From a virus (Duplodnaviria; Heunggongvirae; Uroviricota; Caudoviricetes): a stretch of DNA of 64,000 nucleotides. Shown piece after piece: positions 63,265-64,000 of the stretch. How positions within the stretch are numbered: the stretch's first letter is position 1; each line of letters begins with the position of its first letter. Made by a program: the position numbers and the translations under genes. The notes under the pieces were generated by a model. That model was not told the DNA's origin. It worked only from the letters and a program-made list of their open reading frames with translations, and made no database searches. The stretch lies in IMG/VR virus record IMGVR_UViG_3300009551_000042; one strand, given 5' to 3'.

Positions 63265-63555
63265 ATGATTACCGCAGGAACCAACGTCAAGATCCTCAAA
63301 GGCTGCAACGCTCGCAACATCCGGAAGGGAACCACGTGGCATGTCCGCGAGGTGCAGCCAATGGGGGCAGAGTACAGTCATCAAGCCCGCGTGGTCCTAA
63401 CCCACGGCTCCCGCGTGCTCACCTTTTGGGCGCGTCACCCCAACCGCCTGAACGATGCGACTGTGCGCCTGAACGATGGCAGCCCTAACTACACGATCGA
63501 AGTCAAGGCGCTGGCGCCTGGTGAGCTGGGGCCCGGACAGATACGGATCAAATAA
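63265..63555 (+). CDS. hypothetical protein
   Basis: ORF 96 aa. Confidence 0.5.
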   Translation: MITAGTNVKILKGCNARNIRKGTTWHVREVQPMGAEYSHQARVVLTHGSRVLTFWARHPNRLNDATVRLNDGSPNYTIEVKALAPGELGPGQIRIK

Positions 63556-63582
63556 ATCGACCGCGGGCCCCATCAAATCTGA

Positions 63583-63611
63583 TTGACACAACCGCCCACA
63601 TAAATCATACT
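63583..63611 (+). promoter_or_regulatory. promoter cassette TTGACA-N17-CATACT-N7-ATG
   Basis: Repeat-family member. Confidence 0.5.
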
Positions 63612-63618
63612 ACTTCTC

Positions 63619-64000
63619 ATGACGAACCAAAACCCCATGGAAATGCTCCTCGCTATCGGTCACAGCGTCGGCCCTGCCGTCGAGAACGACAACCGCGCCG
63701 AGCTGCGCACCAACGGCAAGCACTCGATCTCCCTCAGCCTGATCGCTGGTGACTGGCGCGTCAGCTGCTTTCCTTGCGGCGCCGATGGTTTGCCCGACTA
63801 TGAACAAGACCCGGTGTTCTGCCGCATCGTGGCGGCCGATGTGGCTCACGCGGTTTTCCGTGGCGAGTGCCGCGCCCTCTACTGCCGTGCCGATGACATG
63901 CGCCTCGCCATTGGGAGCGTGTACGACTCGATCAACAGCCTCAAGAGCTGCCGTGACAACGAAGTCCAGAAGGAAGCGGCCACCCTGGTGCGCACCATCC
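63619..64000 (+). CDS. hypothetical Cys-rich protein, 3' partial (runs off window)
   Basis: MTNQNPMEMLLAIGHS...; open to the window end, so absent from the ORF track. Confidence 0.5.
   Translation, partial: MTNQNPMEMLLAIGHSVGPAVENDNRAELRTNGKHSISLSLIAGDWRVSCFPCGADGLPDYEQDPVFCRIVAADVAHAVFRGECRALYCRADDMRLAIGSVYDSINSLKSCRDNEVQKEAATLVRTI

Noticed and set aside
1-64000. CRISPR arrays, rRNA genes, transposase/IS elements
   Set aside because: Searched for regularly spaced direct repeats, 16S/23S-like conserved blocks and DDE/transposase motifs; none found. The only tandem repeats are intragenic (fibre) or the promoter cassettes.

Overview
64 kb of a high-GC (~60%) tailed-phage or prophage genome. 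I read it manually from the sequence; all structural calls are hand-folded and need computational confirmation.

Gene order, left to right:
- 1-8.3 kb: end of a virion/tail module. Gly/Thr-rich fibre fragment, a GH5 glycosidase fused to an SGNH esterase, and a discoidin-domain fibre with an internal tandem-repeat array, followed by three small lysis-like genes (TM, lipoprotein, helical peptide).
- 8.55-14.1 kb: a tRNA array of roughly 30 genes, many non-canonical. It is interrupted by a Tpt1/KptA RNA 2'-phosphotransferase, a minus-strand secreted SASA/SGNH esterase lipoprotein, and an HNH endonuclease.
- 16-25.7 kb: minus-strand block with an NAD+ salvage set (NMNAT, NAMPT, Nudix), SSB, FEN exonuclease, Sak4-like ATPase and an SF2 helicase.
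- 25.7-26.1 kb: a minus-strand tmRNA with an ANDN...PLAA tag reading frame.
- 26.3-31.1 kb: vWA protein, a CI/Cro-like divergent switch with repeated GTTATTACTG-type operator sites, and a Ro60 (TROVE+vWA) gene followed by a Y-RNA-like tRNA-mimic.
- 31-54 kb: large serine integrase, DNA methyltransferase, beta clamp, sigma-70-family factor, Rnl2-like RNA ligase, second SF2 helicase, SPFH/NfeD-like pair, VRR-NUC, D5-like primase-helicase, two metallophosphoesterases, and many coupled micro-ORFs.
- 55-64 kb: early-type block of small genes, nine of them preceded by the same sigma70-like promoter cassette (aaatcTGaTTGAC-N17-CATAcT-N7-ATG) implying near-leaderless mRNAs.

No CRISPR array or rRNA seen.
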